Assembly: GCA_963813025.1 (NCBI GenBank)
Contig: CAWEXO010000011.1
Location: 768,001-832,000 of the forward strand
DNA length: 64,000 nucleotides
Reading direction: 5' to 3'
Source: an uncultured Verrucomicrobiae bacterium
Lineage (GTDB): Bacteria; Verrucomicrobiota; Verrucomicrobiia; Chthoniobacterales; JAFAMB01
The notes beneath the pieces are model-generated. The model saw only the letters and a program-made list of their open reading frames with translations, was not told where the DNA came from and did not search any database. Shown here piece after piece: positions 19,116 through 28,309 of the stretch (position 1 is the stretch's first letter; every line of letters starts with the position of its first letter). Made by a program: the position numbers and the translations under genes.

Positions 19116-20215
19116 AGCAGATCGAGAATCGCGTTCTTTTCGGGAGGCGCGGAAAGAGGAGGAGAAACGCGATCGAGGATTGCGCCCACATCTTTAAGGC
19201 CGTGACCGGTAACCGTGATGACAATCGTCTTGACCCTGCCGAGCTCCGCCTGCAGTGGGTACCGCGCGCTCGCTTGGCGACGCAGACATTTCAACAGCCC
19301 GGCGACTCCAGTCGCGCTGGCCGGCTCGACGAAGATGCCTTCCTCGCGCGCCAACCAGCGATGAGCCTCGAAGATCTCGGCGTCCTCCACGATATCAACC
19401 GCTCCCGCGGAAGCCTGAATAGCCGCGGTGGCGAGTTTCCAGCTCGCCGGATTGCCAATGCGAATGGCCGAAGCCTCGGTTTGCGGGTCGGGAATGATTT
19501 TATTGAAATAGATCGGGGCAGCACCACTTGCCTGGAACCCGAGCATTCGGGGCTGATGACGCGCCAGTCCGGCGGCAAAGTATTCCTGATAACCTTGCCA
19601 GTAAGCGCTGATATTTCCGGCATTGCCGATCGGCAGGATATGGAGGTCGGGCGCGTCCGCCAGAGCGTCGACCACTTCAAAGGCGGCAGTTTTCTGGCCG
19701 GCCAGCCGGTGGGGATTTATCGAATTGACGACCGCTACGCCCGGTTCTTCCGCCAGCATTCGCACCAGGTTGAGACAAGTATCGAAGTTTCCATCAATCC
19801 CAATCACCGTAGCGCCATAGATGAACGCCTGTGCGAGCTTGCCCATGGAGATCTTACCGGCAGGCAGAAGAACGGCGCAACGAATCCCGGCCCGCGCAGC
19901 ATAAGCGGCCGCAGCCGCGGAGGTATTGCCCGTAGAAGCGCACAGGAGGAGGCGCGCACCGTGTTCGACCGCTTTGCTCACGGCCACTGTCATACCGCGA
20001 TCTTTAAATGAGCCGGTCGGATTCAGGCCTTCGTGCTTCAGGTAAACCCGGCAATCGTGGCCCACCAGGCGGCTCAGCCGAGGAGCATCGATGAGCGGCG
20101 TCGATCCTTCACTAAGACTGATCACCGGCGTTTGCTCGTTCACCGGCAAGAATCGACGGTAACGCTCGATCACCCCCACCCGAAGGAAGGTCCGCTCCTG
20201 CGAATGAGTGCTCAT
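19103..20215 (-). CDS. thrC: Threonine synthase
   Basis: EGSTPL, KHEGLNPTGSFKDRG (PLP Lys), CASTGNTS, VEPASA, TGHGLKD; TGATG overlap with hom. Confidence 0.96.
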   Translation of the reverse strand: MSTHSQERTFLRVGVIERYRRFLPVNEQTPVISLSEGSTPLIDAPRLSRLVGHDCRVYLKHEGLNPTGSFKDRGMTVAVSKAVEHGARLLLCASTGNTSAAAAAYAARAGIRCAVLLPAGKISMGKLAQAFIYGATVIGIDGNFDTCLNLVRMLAEEPGVAVVNSINPHRLAGQKTAAFEVVDALADAPDLHILPIGNAGNISAYWQGYQEYFAAGLARHQPRMLGFQASGAAPIYFNKIIPDPQTEASAIRIGNPASWKLATAAIQASAGAVDIVEDAEIFEAHRWLAREEGIFVEPASATGVAGLLKCLRRQASARYPLQAELGRVKTIVITVTGHGLKDVGAILDRVSPPLSAPPEKNAILDLLWGN

Positions 20216-21504
20216 CACGAAATTGCCCAGAGCAGGGCCGGAGGCGATTTGACACACTCCAGATCACTGATCCGCTGAACCGCGGTTTGCATTCGGCCAA
20301 AAGGCGCGTTGTGGATCATCAAAACCAGCGGCACGCAACTCACTTCGTGGCTTTCCGGTTGAATCACCGAGGAAATCCCGATCTGGTGGGCCCCAAGGAC
20401 GCTGGCTATCTGGGCAAGTACGCCCGGCTGATCGTCGACGGTCAACCTCAGGTAGAAGGCTGAGTCGATCTCGGCGAGCGGGCGGCATTTTCCGTACATA
20501 CTGTGCGGAACGAAGCCGAAAGCTTTTCCGCCCGAGTCGAGAAAGATAGCGGCTTGAGCGAGATCGCTGATAACCGAGCTGGCTGTGGGATCCTGACCGG
20601 CTCCGCGGCCATAGAAGAGTGTATCGCCGACCACATCACCGCGCACCATCAAGGCATTAAAAACTCCATTCACCGAGGCCAGGACGTGCAACTTGGGGAT
20701 CAAAGTCGGACAAACCCGAACCTCAATGCCGGAATCGTGATCCGCCCGGATCGTCGCGAGCAGCTTAATGCGGTATCCGAGCCCATCGGCGAAGCGGATA
20801 TCCGCCGACGTAACCTTTTCGATACCCTCGACATAAACCTGGTCTGACCTTACCCAGAACCCATAAGCCAGCGAAGCCAGGATGATGGCTTTGTGCGCGG
20901 CATCTTCCCCGTTGACGTCAAGGGTAGGATCCGCCTCCGCGTAGCCCTCCCTCTGCGCTTCCTCCAAAGCTTCGGCAAACTCCAACCCGGCGTCCGTCAT
21001 GCGGGTGAGAATGTAATTGCTCGTCCCGTTGAGGATCGCTCGGATGGATTCGATATGGTTTCCAATAAATGCCTCGCGAATGGATTTGATGATCGGAATA
21101 CCGCCGGCCACCGCTGCCTCGAAGAATACCGGGATGTTTTTTTCTTCGGCTTTCCGGAAAATTTCCTGACCGCGCTCGGCGAGCAACGCCTTGTTTCCCG
21201 TGATCACGGGTTTTCCGGCGTCGAGGGAACAAAGGGCGAGCTCATAGGCGCCCTGGGTGCCGCCCATCAATTCGACTACAATCTGTACATTTTTGTCGGC
21301 AACCATTTCCCGCCAGTCGGCCGTCAAGAGATAGGCCGGCGGTTGTACATTTCTTACCAGAGAGGGATTTCGCACTGCGATCCGGCGAACGGCTAATTCA
21401 AGTCCCACGCGTTCGGTCAGAAGAACCCGATTCTGTTGCAGGTGACGGAACACGCCTGCGCCTACGGTGCCGAGGCCCGCCAGACCTATTCCGATTTGCT
21501 GCAT
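20215..21504 (-). CDS. hom: Homoserine dehydrogenase with C-terminal ACT domain
   Basis: GLGTVG, FEAAVAGGIP, NGTSNYIL, GYAEADPTLDV, GRGAGQDPTASSV; ATG at 21504. Confidence 0.96.
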   Translation of the reverse strand: MQQIGIGLAGLGTVGAGVFRHLQQNRVLLTERVGLELAVRRIAVRNPSLVRNVQPPAYLLTADWREMVADKNVQIVVELMGGTQGAYELALCSLDAGKPVITGNKALLAERGQEIFRKAEEKNIPVFFEAAVAGGIPIIKSIREAFIGNHIESIRAILNGTSNYILTRMTDAGLEFAEALEEAQREGYAEADPTLDVNGEDAAHKAIILASLAYGFWVRSDQVYVEGIEKVTSADIRFADGLGYRIKLLATIRADHDSGIEVRVCPTLIPKLHVLASVNGVFNALMVRGDVVGDTLFYGRGAGQDPTASSVISDLAQAAIFLDSGGKAFGFVPHSMYGKCRPLAEIDSAFYLRLTVDDQPGVLAQIASVLGAHQIGISSVIQPESHEVSCVPLVLMIHNAPFGRMQTAVQRISDLECVKSPPALLWAIS

Positions 21505-21592
21505 AGCGAGGGAGGCGCACTGTCGTGGAATCGTTTCCAGGTGTAAAGGGGAAGTTGAGAGTGCGGTGCCAGTGCCAGTGCTATCCTTTACC

Positions 21593-22351
21593 ATGAAATC
21601 GTCCATTGAACGTTTTACCGACCGCGTTTCGGATTATCGCAAGTACCGGCCGGATTATCCACGGGAACTCCTGGTGTTCCTGGAAAAACATGTTCTGCTG
21701 CCAGGTCCGGTGGCGGACGTTGGATCCGGGACTGGGATTTTATCGGGTCAGTTGCTCGCGAGCGGCTACGAGGTCTTCGCGGTTGAACCGAATCGGTCCA
21801 TGGCGGCAGCTGCCGAGGAGCAGTTCGGCCGCGATCCGCGGTTTCATGACGTCCCGCGCTTGGCCGAAGAAACCGGTTTGCCGTCGAGTTCGGTTCGACT
21901 GATCACTTGCGCCCAATCGTTCCACTGGTTCGATCGCGCCGGCGTAAAAAAAGAGTTCCGCCGGATTTTAATGCCGGCCGGTCACGTCGCCATAGTTTGG
22001 AATGAGCGATTGGATCGCGCCACCCCTTTTCAGGAGCAATATGAAAAGATAATGCAGGAGTTTGCTCCTGAGTACCCCCAGGTCGTTCATCGCAACGTGA
22101 CTGCGGAACAACTCGAACAATTTTTCGCGCCAGGCAGCATGGAGTGTCTGACCTTCTCGCATCCGCAGCCGCTGTCCCGGGAACAGTTGATTGGGCGCGC
22201 TTTATCCTCCTCTTACGTTCCGAAGGAAGGGGAAACAGGCTATCGAGAGATTCAGGCAGCGCTCGAGTCGCTCTTCGATCGGACACAGCTGGACGGAATG
22301 GTCCGTATGGACTACGAGACCCGGGCGTACTTCGGCTCCTTTGAGGGCTGA
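21593..22351 (+). CDS. Class I SAM-dependent methyltransferase
   Basis: YRKYRPDYP, VADVGSGTG, AVEPN, AQSFHWFD. Confidence 0.9.
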   Translation: MKSSIERFTDRVSDYRKYRPDYPRELLVFLEKHVLLPGPVADVGSGTGILSGQLLASGYEVFAVEPNRSMAAAAEEQFGRDPRFHDVPRLAEETGLPSSSVRLITCAQSFHWFDRAGVKKEFRRILMPAGHVAIVWNERLDRATPFQEQYEKIMQEFAPEYPQVVHRNVTAEQLEQFFAPGSMECLTFSHPQPLSREQLIGRALSSSYVPKEGETGYREIQAALESLFDRTQLDGMVRMDYETRAYFGSFEG

Positions 22352-22380
22352 GGTGCCGGGTAAACATTCGATCCACGGGC

Positions 22381-22980
22381 GTGGCTGTCACAAAAAGGAT
22401 TACTCCCAACATGTCGCTGGCCCTGTGCCGATAGGGCGAGAATTTTAATTCGAGCCTTAGGCGAGAACCGGACCGTGGAGGTCGCCATGCCAAAGAGGCT
22501 CGAATAAATTCTCGCCCTACCGGCGCAGGGTCGAGCCATGTTGCGAGACAGCCTCTTTAATTCGAGCCGCTTTCGGAGTGGCGTCAAGGACCAGGAGCGG
22601 TAGGGATGAGCTTCCGACTACGGAGAAGCCTTCCTCGCGGCTCGGATATGGAATGGCACAAACGCTTGGCCGGAGGGCGCGCCGTAGCCTTGCGGAGGCG
22701 GCCTGCTCGTCCAGATCGAGAGGTGGCCCAACACTAAGGAGGTTAAGCGGAGCTTGCCCCTATCGACCCTTACCGACCGGGGGTGTCATGAGAAACTCTT
22801 TATCTGATGCGTCCGCCAAAGACATTCTATCGATCTTCAAATGGAAAAGTTGTGGCTTAAGAGTTTCTGAGCCGCAATATCCAGGAGCCGTCGGAGCCTG
22901 CGGCTTTCCCCAGCGTCCGGCTCAAACAAGTTCTCGCTAAAGCTCGTCCGCCAAGGCGGATCGCCGTACCGGCACAGGGT
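22381..22980. repeat. Composite intergenic mosaic (BIME-like): family B REPIN 22421-22530 between GGCTGTC/GAGACAGCC ends, family C element about 22540-22800, half family B about 22910-22980
   Basis: Matches to 5656-5798, 37375-37712, 41945-42115, 46145-46275 and 52925-53145. Confidence 0.8.
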
Positions 22981-24167
22981 CAAGAACACTCTCTGAAAAT
23001 GCGATCTCGGGGTTCTCGCAGCGCTCCCAAAACCCGGTCGATTTCCTCTTCGGTATTATAAAAATGCGGGCTGAATCGGAGCAGTTTGCGGCCGGCGCGA
23101 TCTTCTCGGGCTGAGCAGATGATATTGTTTTGGGCGAGCTTCGCATGAAGGGCGGCCAGGTCACGTGTAGGGTGAGTCACTGTCACAATTCCGGAAGCGA
23201 TTTCGCTCGCGACCGGACTTCGCAGCTCGAATCCCAGCTCGACGAGCCCATGGGCCAAAGTTTGGCCGAGGGCTCGGATCCGGCCGGCCACTCGTTCAAT
23301 TTCGATTTCAAGAAGTAGATCGATAGCCGCCTTCATTCCCGCGATCGCCGGAAAATTCAAAACCCCGGGCTCGTACCGTTGGGCTGTCGACACAAACTCG
23401 ATGTCGTTCTGCGCGATGAAGTTCGGGCTTTTCACGTTCCACGCCCCAAGCAATGTTGGGCGGCAGATTTCAAAACGGAACTGGCGAACAAACACAATAC
23501 CCATCGCAACTGGTCCGAGCAGCCATTTATGGGCGTCTGCGCTGAGGAAATCGACGTGTTCAACCGTTGTGGGAAAAGCGCCGAGCGTCTGGATCGCGTC
23601 GACGCAAAACATTATCCCGCGCTCCGATAAAAGCTGCCCGATGGCGTCCAGATCGATCCGGTAACCGGAAACGAAATTACACGAGGCGAGCGCCACCAGC
23701 CGGGTACGGGGCGACAAATTTTTTGCCACCAGCTTAGCAGTTAGTTCACCGAGATTGGACGGTTCCAGGAAACGAACCGTTACGCCGCGCGATCGGAGAT
23801 TGAGCCACGGATAGACGTTAGCCGGGTAGTCGTCCAAATAACACAAGACCTCATCGTCGCGCTGCCAGTCAATTCCGTTGGCAAAAAGGCTTAGTCCCAG
23901 TGAGGTCGGACCCAGTAGCGCGATTTCCTCAGGAGCTGCATGGATCAACCGCGCGGCCGCTGCACGAGTCTCCTGAATGAGCTGCGTGATCTCCGAGAAG
24001 TCGACGAACTCCGTCGAAAAGCGCCCGATCAGGTGCGTTATCGCATCGGCCACCCGCTTCGGCAGGGCGGTGACCGCCGCGTGGGCCATAAAGATCTTGT
24101 GACGGCAAATCGGAAATTGGAGGAGTCGTTGTTCTTCGTCGTTCTCGATTAACTGCAGGAGATCCAT
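22980..24167 (-). CDS. PLP-dependent aminotransferase class V (cysteine desulfurase/lyase-like)
   Basis: DYPANVYPW, VDAIQTLG, SADAHKWLLGP (PLP Lys), RYEPG, RFSPHFYN; no clear SufS/IscS catalytic Cys loop. Confidence 0.9.
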   Translation of the reverse strand: MDLLQLIENDEEQRLLQFPICRHKIFMAHAAVTALPKRVADAITHLIGRFSTEFVDFSEITQLIQETRAAAARLIHAAPEEIALLGPTSLGLSLFANGIDWQRDDEVLCYLDDYPANVYPWLNLRSRGVTVRFLEPSNLGELTAKLVAKNLSPRTRLVALASCNFVSGYRIDLDAIGQLLSERGIMFCVDAIQTLGAFPTTVEHVDFLSADAHKWLLGPVAMGIVFVRQFRFEICRPTLLGAWNVKSPNFIAQNDIEFVSTAQRYEPGVLNFPAIAGMKAAIDLLLEIEIERVAGRIRALGQTLAHGLVELGFELRSPVASEIASGIVTVTHPTRDLAALHAKLAQNNIICSAREDRAGRKLLRFSPHFYNTEEEIDRVLGALREPRDRIFRECS

Positions 24168-24298
24168 AACCACGTATAGTTTCCAAACCTCAACTTTCAA
24201 ACGGTCAAAAGCCTCGGGGCCGTGGGACAGTGGTTCTTTCGGACCCACAGTGCCAGTGTCAGTACCGGACTGATGTGCTAAGCTAAGCAGCGAGTGCG

Positions 24299-24658
24299 AT
24301 GTACCAGATCGTCTTTAACGAGATCAGCGCGGCAGAAATCTCGAATATTCCGAAAGAGCTGCAGCTCGAATTGCTGGCCGAATTCAAATTTCTGCCGGAC
24401 GATCTGGATCAGCTCGATTCGAAAGCGTTCGGTTTGATCGAGCGTGACGATAAGAAGCTTTATCGGTATCGCGCTCACGATTATCGGATCTACTTTGCTC
24501 GGAGCGAGGAAGGCATCGTAGTGCATCGAGTGCTCCACAAGAATACCATTCGGGATTTTCTCTATCGTTCGAAGTTGCCAGTGGGAGAAGACGAACAGTT
24601 GCAGGAACACGCCGGATTTTGGAAGCTGATCGAGGAAGGGGAGAAGAAGAAACGATGA
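24299..24658 (+). CDS. RelE/ParE-like protein without an adjacent antitoxin
   Basis: MYQIVFNEISAAEI...LYRYRAHDYRIYF...IVVHRVLHK RelE-fold pattern. Confidence 0.7.
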   Translation: MYQIVFNEISAAEISNIPKELQLELLAEFKFLPDDLDQLDSKAFGLIERDDKKLYRYRAHDYRIYFARSEEGIVVHRVLHKNTIRDFLYRSKLPVGEDEQLQEHAGFWKLIEEGEKKKR

Positions 24659-25332
24659 ACCGACGATATTCCAGCTCGGGCCGTTTACTAGCACTGACCC
24701 TGGCACTAGCCCTGACATTGACACTGCCGGCCTTTTCCGAACTCCACTGGGACGCTCCTCCGCAGCAGAGCTTCAAAGTCAAGCCAACCGCCGAGGATGT
24801 AAAAGCGATTTTCAAATTCCAGAATACGGGCTCGACCCCAGTAACGATCAGCGAGGTAAAGACCTCCTGCGGCTGTACCACCGCGGCTCTAGACAAGAAA
24901 GAGTATGCTCCGGGAGAAGCGGGTCAGATCGTAGCTGATTTCCATGTAGCGGGGCGGACCGGTCATCAGGAAAAAGCAATCATGGTCAGGACCAGCGATC
25001 AGCCACGGCCGACCATCCTTTCACTGGCGGTTGATATTCCTGACCTGGTCAAGATCGATCCTGAAATCGTTTTCTGGAAAATCGGCGATCCACCCGATTC
25101 CAAAGCTATTCACATCAGCGTCAATGATGAGGTACCGGTGCGGATCACCTCGGTCGAGAGTGACAACCCAACGGTCCACCTGACCGTGCATGAGACCAAG
25201 CCCGGGAAGGAGCTGGAACTTGAGTTGCGTCCGGCGGATACCGCCCATCCGGCCAGCGCTGTGCTGTTGGTGCAAACCGATTATCCCCCGGAGAATCCAC
25301 AGACGCATTATGCGTATGCACGGGTGAAATGA
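24655..25332 (+). CDS. Exported DUF1573 (Ig-like) protein
   Basis: Signal peptide; FKFQNTG..PVTISEVKTSCGCT, YAPGE motif; ATGA overlap with the upstream gene. Confidence 0.88.
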   Translation: MNRRYSSSGRLLALTLALALTLTLPAFSELHWDAPPQQSFKVKPTAEDVKAIFKFQNTGSTPVTISEVKTSCGCTTAALDKKEYAPGEAGQIVADFHVAGRTGHQEKAIMVRTSDQPRPTILSLAVDIPDLVKIDPEIVFWKIGDPPDSKAIHISVNDEVPVRITSVESDNPTVHLTVHETKPGKELELELRPADTAHPASAVLLVQTDYPPENPQTHYAYARVK

Positions 25333-25787
25333 GATTTTCTCGGTCTACGGGAATCATTCGGGTCGCGCTGCGGCAAGCTCTTGGCATCATTGCCGTCGCG
25401 CTCCTGCCAGCGCTGCTTTCGGCTGCTTTTCATCCCCGCAAACCAACGAAATTACGATCAAACGAGGTCGATCTCGCAACGGTGGCGGGTTGGGGACAGA
25501 CCGTCCTCTGGGTGGATGCCCGGTCAATGGAGGAGTTCAGCCAAGGTCATATTTCCGGTGCGATCCCGCTGAATCTGGAACAATGGGACCAATTAATCCC
25601 CGCTTTCCTGGACCGATGGAATCCCGGCCAGAAGATCGTGGTTTATTGCAGTTCGCGTGATTGCGATCTCAGTACGCAGGTTGCGGCCCGGCTTCGAGAA
25701 AACAAGATCAGCCCGGTGTACGTGCTGCGCGGAGGCTGGGAAAGTTGGGTCAGCCGTCATCGCTCAGAAATCCGTACGGATTTCTGA
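25329..25787 (+). CDS. Membrane-anchored rhodanese-like protein
   Basis: N-terminal TM; WVDAR..EFSQGHISGAI, VVYCSSRDCDLS, VLRGGWESW. Confidence 0.9.
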   Translation: MRFSRSTGIIRVALRQALGIIAVALLPALLSAAFHPRKPTKLRSNEVDLATVAGWGQTVLWVDARSMEEFSQGHISGAIPLNLEQWDQLIPAFLDRWNPGQKIVVYCSSRDCDLSTQVAARLRENKISPVYVLRGGWESWVSRHRSEIRTDF

Positions 25788-25845
25788 GCGATGTCGGCTG
25801 CCTTTTAGAAAAGAAAGACAAAAACACGTTCGAAAAACACGTTCG

Positions 25846-26337
25846 TTGAATTCATCTATTTTTAAAAAGGCCTTCGCGGAGCGTCTGCGAAGAGCTCTCT
25901 CTACGAAGCTCTGGTTGTTTGTTTTCCAGACTTGCCGGGTGGTGTTAGGAGGGATCTTTGTCTTGGCTGGGGCGACAAAAGCGTACGATCTGGCAGGGTT
26001 CGCCGATCAGATCAATCACTTCCATCTGTTGCCCTGGCCCTTGGTGGCCGGTCTGGCGGTATTTCTTCCCTGGTTGGAGATGATCTCCGGGATTCTGTTG
26101 ATTGTGCGGAAGCTCGAATTAGGTGCACTGCTGATCATTACTGGGTTGCTCGTCGTGTTCACCTTTGCCCTGACCAGCGCCTGGCTGCGCCATCTGGACA
26201 TTGATTGCGGGTGTTTTGGTCATGCCCTTCCTCCAATGACGGTCGCGTGGGGCGCGGTCCGCGATCTTTTCCTGCTGACTCTGACCAGTCTGCTCTGGGT
26301 AGCCTGCATCGCTCACAAATCTTCTAAGGATTTATGA
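25846..26337 (+). CDS. MauE/DoxX-family redox-associated membrane protein (start uncertain)
   Basis: RVVLGGIFVLAGATK, LPWLEMISG, DIDCGCFG, VRDLFL. Confidence 0.85.
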   Translation: MNSSIFKKAFAERLRRALSTKLWLFVFQTCRVVLGGIFVLAGATKAYDLAGFADQINHFHLLPWPLVAGLAVFLPWLEMISGILLIVRKLELGALLIITGLLVVFTFALTSAWLRHLDIDCGCFGHALPPMTVAWGAVRDLFLLTLTSLLWVACIAHKSSKDL

Positions 26338-26443
26338 GCGATGCAGGCCCTGGAGGCAGAATTCTCCGGCTACGCCAGAGGTTTCTGCCGGAGGGCGGCC
26401 CAACTGGTTGTATAATCGAATGCTCCATGCGATAGACGTATCC

Positions 26444-26682
26444 ATGCAAAAGCTGCAAATTTTGTTTCCCGATCCTGTGATGCGCCGGTTGCGCCGGATT
26501 GCGCGAATGCAGGATCGCCCAATCAGCGAAATTGTGCGCCGAGCCGTGACGACGCTCTGAAGCGAATTCCCGACACAGCGGAACGGGAAACGCCGCCGTC
26601 GATTCCGACGGTTAATGCCGGTAAAATGCTCGTCGCGCCGGAGTCGCTCCGCGACATGGTCTATCGTGATCGGGTTGGCTGA
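26444..26682 (+). pseudogene. vapB: CopG/RHH-type antitoxin with a 1-nt deletion frameshift near 26548
   Basis: MQKLQILFPDPVMRRLRRIARMQDRPISEIVRRAV, then TGA at 26558; adding one G gives ...AVDDALKRIP...PTVNAGKMLVAPESLRDMVYRDRVG* ending 5 nt before vapC; TATAAT at 26411. Confidence 0.8.
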
Positions 26683-26687
26683 CGGGC

Positions 26688-27122
26688 ATGAAAAGTTTCG
26701 ATACCAATATCCTGATCTATGCCATCAATGAGGCGGCGCCGGAACACGAACAGGCCAAGCGCTTCGTTAGAAATATCGTGGCAAATCCCGACGACTGGAT
26801 TCTGGCCGAACAAGTGTTGATTGAAGTGTACTGTGTTTTGCGAAACCCGGCGGTTTTCCGGAAACCGTTATCATCCGAGCAGGCTTTGAGCATCATTGAT
26901 TTCTATCGAACGAACGCAGGTCTGCAGATTTGCTGCTACGAAATCGAGTATTGGGCCGAGCTACGGCCAATTCTCCGATCGCCCGGTTTTCCCGCGAAAA
27001 GAACTTTTGATGCGATGCTCGCAGTTACTTTGCAGGCGAACAGAGTTGAATTGTTTTACACTTGCAATACCAAGGACTTTGACCGGTTCGGGTTCGACAC
27101 AGTGTCAAATCCAATCGATTAG
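26688..27122 (+). CDS. vapC: PIN-domain (VapC) toxin
   Basis: FDTNILIYA, LIEV, TFDAMLA, TCNTKDF. Confidence 0.92.
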   Translation: MKSFDTNILIYAINEAAPEHEQAKRFVRNIVANPDDWILAEQVLIEVYCVLRNPAVFRKPLSSEQALSIIDFYRTNAGLQICCYEIEYWAELRPILRSPGFPAKRTFDAMLAVTLQANRVELFYTCNTKDFDRFGFDTVSNPID

Positions 27123-27139
27123 CGAAAGTATCAGGAACA

Positions 27140-28240
27140 ATGGACACCCATCGCAGTTGGGCTGAAATCGAATTCCGCGCGCTCGAACACAATCTGCGGA
27201 TTCTTCGCTCCTTCCTGACCTCCGGCGTGCAAGTCGTGGCTGTCATCAAAGCAGATGCCTACGGCCACGGACTGAGAGAGGTCGCGGTGGCAATCGATTC
27301 CAAGATCGACGCCTTTGGGGTCGCGAATTTAGCGGAAGCTCTAGAGATCGTTGAGGCCGGCGCAGGCGCACCGGTCTTGATCCTCAGTCCTGCTCTGCCT
27401 TCGGAGCGACGGGCAATCGCGGTGAATCGTTTTATTCCAATGATATCGACTGAAGGAGAAGCCGAAGCGTACGCCGGCCTGGTGGGGAGTGGACCGCCAT
27501 TGCCCGTCCATTTCGTGGTCGATACCGGCATGGGCCGGATCGGTTTGTGGGAACAGGAAGCCGCGCAAACGCTTAGCCGCATTTTGCGGCACAAGAAGCT
27601 TCAAGTAGTCGCCCTTTCATCGCATTTGCCGGTAGCTGATGAGGATCCGCGGTACACGGACGACCAATTGGGTAGGTTTGCCGGGCAAAGGGCCGATCTG
27701 TTCCCTGTTGGTGTACCGTCGACAATCCTCAACAGCGCCGGGGTCTTGAGATGGCCCCAGGCAGCGCGGAGTGGCGATCTAGTGCGGCTCGGATTATCCG
27801 TCTACGGTATCTCACCATTTTCCGAGATCCAGAGCCGCTTACAACCGGTATTGACTTGGAAAACCCGGGTCATTCTGGTCCGTTCGCTTGGCCCTGGGCG
27901 CAGCATCAGTTATGGCCGGACGTTCGTGACGACGAAGCCGACGCGAGCGGCGACCCTCGCGATCGGCTACGCTGATGGTTATCAACGTCATCTTTCCGGT
28001 CAGGGAACCGAAGTACTCGTTCGCGGCGTGCGCTGTCCGGTGCTCGGTCGCGTGACAATGGATCAGATCGTAGTCGATGTGACTGGCGCCGGTGCCATCG
28101 AACCAGGAGAGGAAGTGGTCTTGATTGGCCGGCAAGGCGCCGCACAAATCCTGGCTACTGAACTGGCCGATAAGGCAGGAACGATCGCCTGGGAAATTTT
28201 CACCGGAATCACCAAACGCGTAGCCCGGGTATACCGCTAG
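27140..28240 (+). CDS. alr: Alanine racemase
   Basis: AVIKADAYGHG, DTGMGRIG, NSAG, ISYG, GYADG, GRVTMDQ. Confidence 0.97.
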   Translation: MDTHRSWAEIEFRALEHNLRILRSFLTSGVQVVAVIKADAYGHGLREVAVAIDSKIDAFGVANLAEALEIVEAGAGAPVLILSPALPSERRAIAVNRFIPMISTEGEAEAYAGLVGSGPPLPVHFVVDTGMGRIGLWEQEAAQTLSRILRHKKLQVVALSSHLPVADEDPRYTDDQLGRFAGQRADLFPVGVPSTILNSAGVLRWPQAARSGDLVRLGLSVYGISPFSEIQSRLQPVLTWKTRVILVRSLGPGRSISYGRTFVTTKPTRAATLAIGYADGYQRHLSGQGTEVLVRGVRCPVLGRVTMDQIVVDVTGAGAIEPGEEVVLIGRQGAAQILATELADKAGTIAWEIFTGITKRVARVYR

Positions 28241-28309
28241 CTAAGCTAGAGCCGACCCAAAGAGGGCCTCGCACGGAGGCCGCGGTACAACGAAGCCGCA
28301 ACCAGCGAT

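Noticed and set aside
19079..20011. Long antisense ORFs (e.g. 19079-20011, 33820-34653, 47285-48166, 54212-55063, 57219-57953)
   Set aside because: Shadow frames opposite well-supported genes in GC-rich DNA; no motifs
21467..21606. Apparent head-to-head overlap of hom and the methyltransferase
   Set aside because: Artefact of longest-ORF calling; likely starts are 21504 (-) and 21593 (+)
13112..24167. A selenium-utilisation cluster (SBP56, class V PLP enzyme, rhodanese)
   Set aside because: Genes are dispersed; no sel genes or in-frame TGA seen; the SBP56 name does not imply Se metabolism
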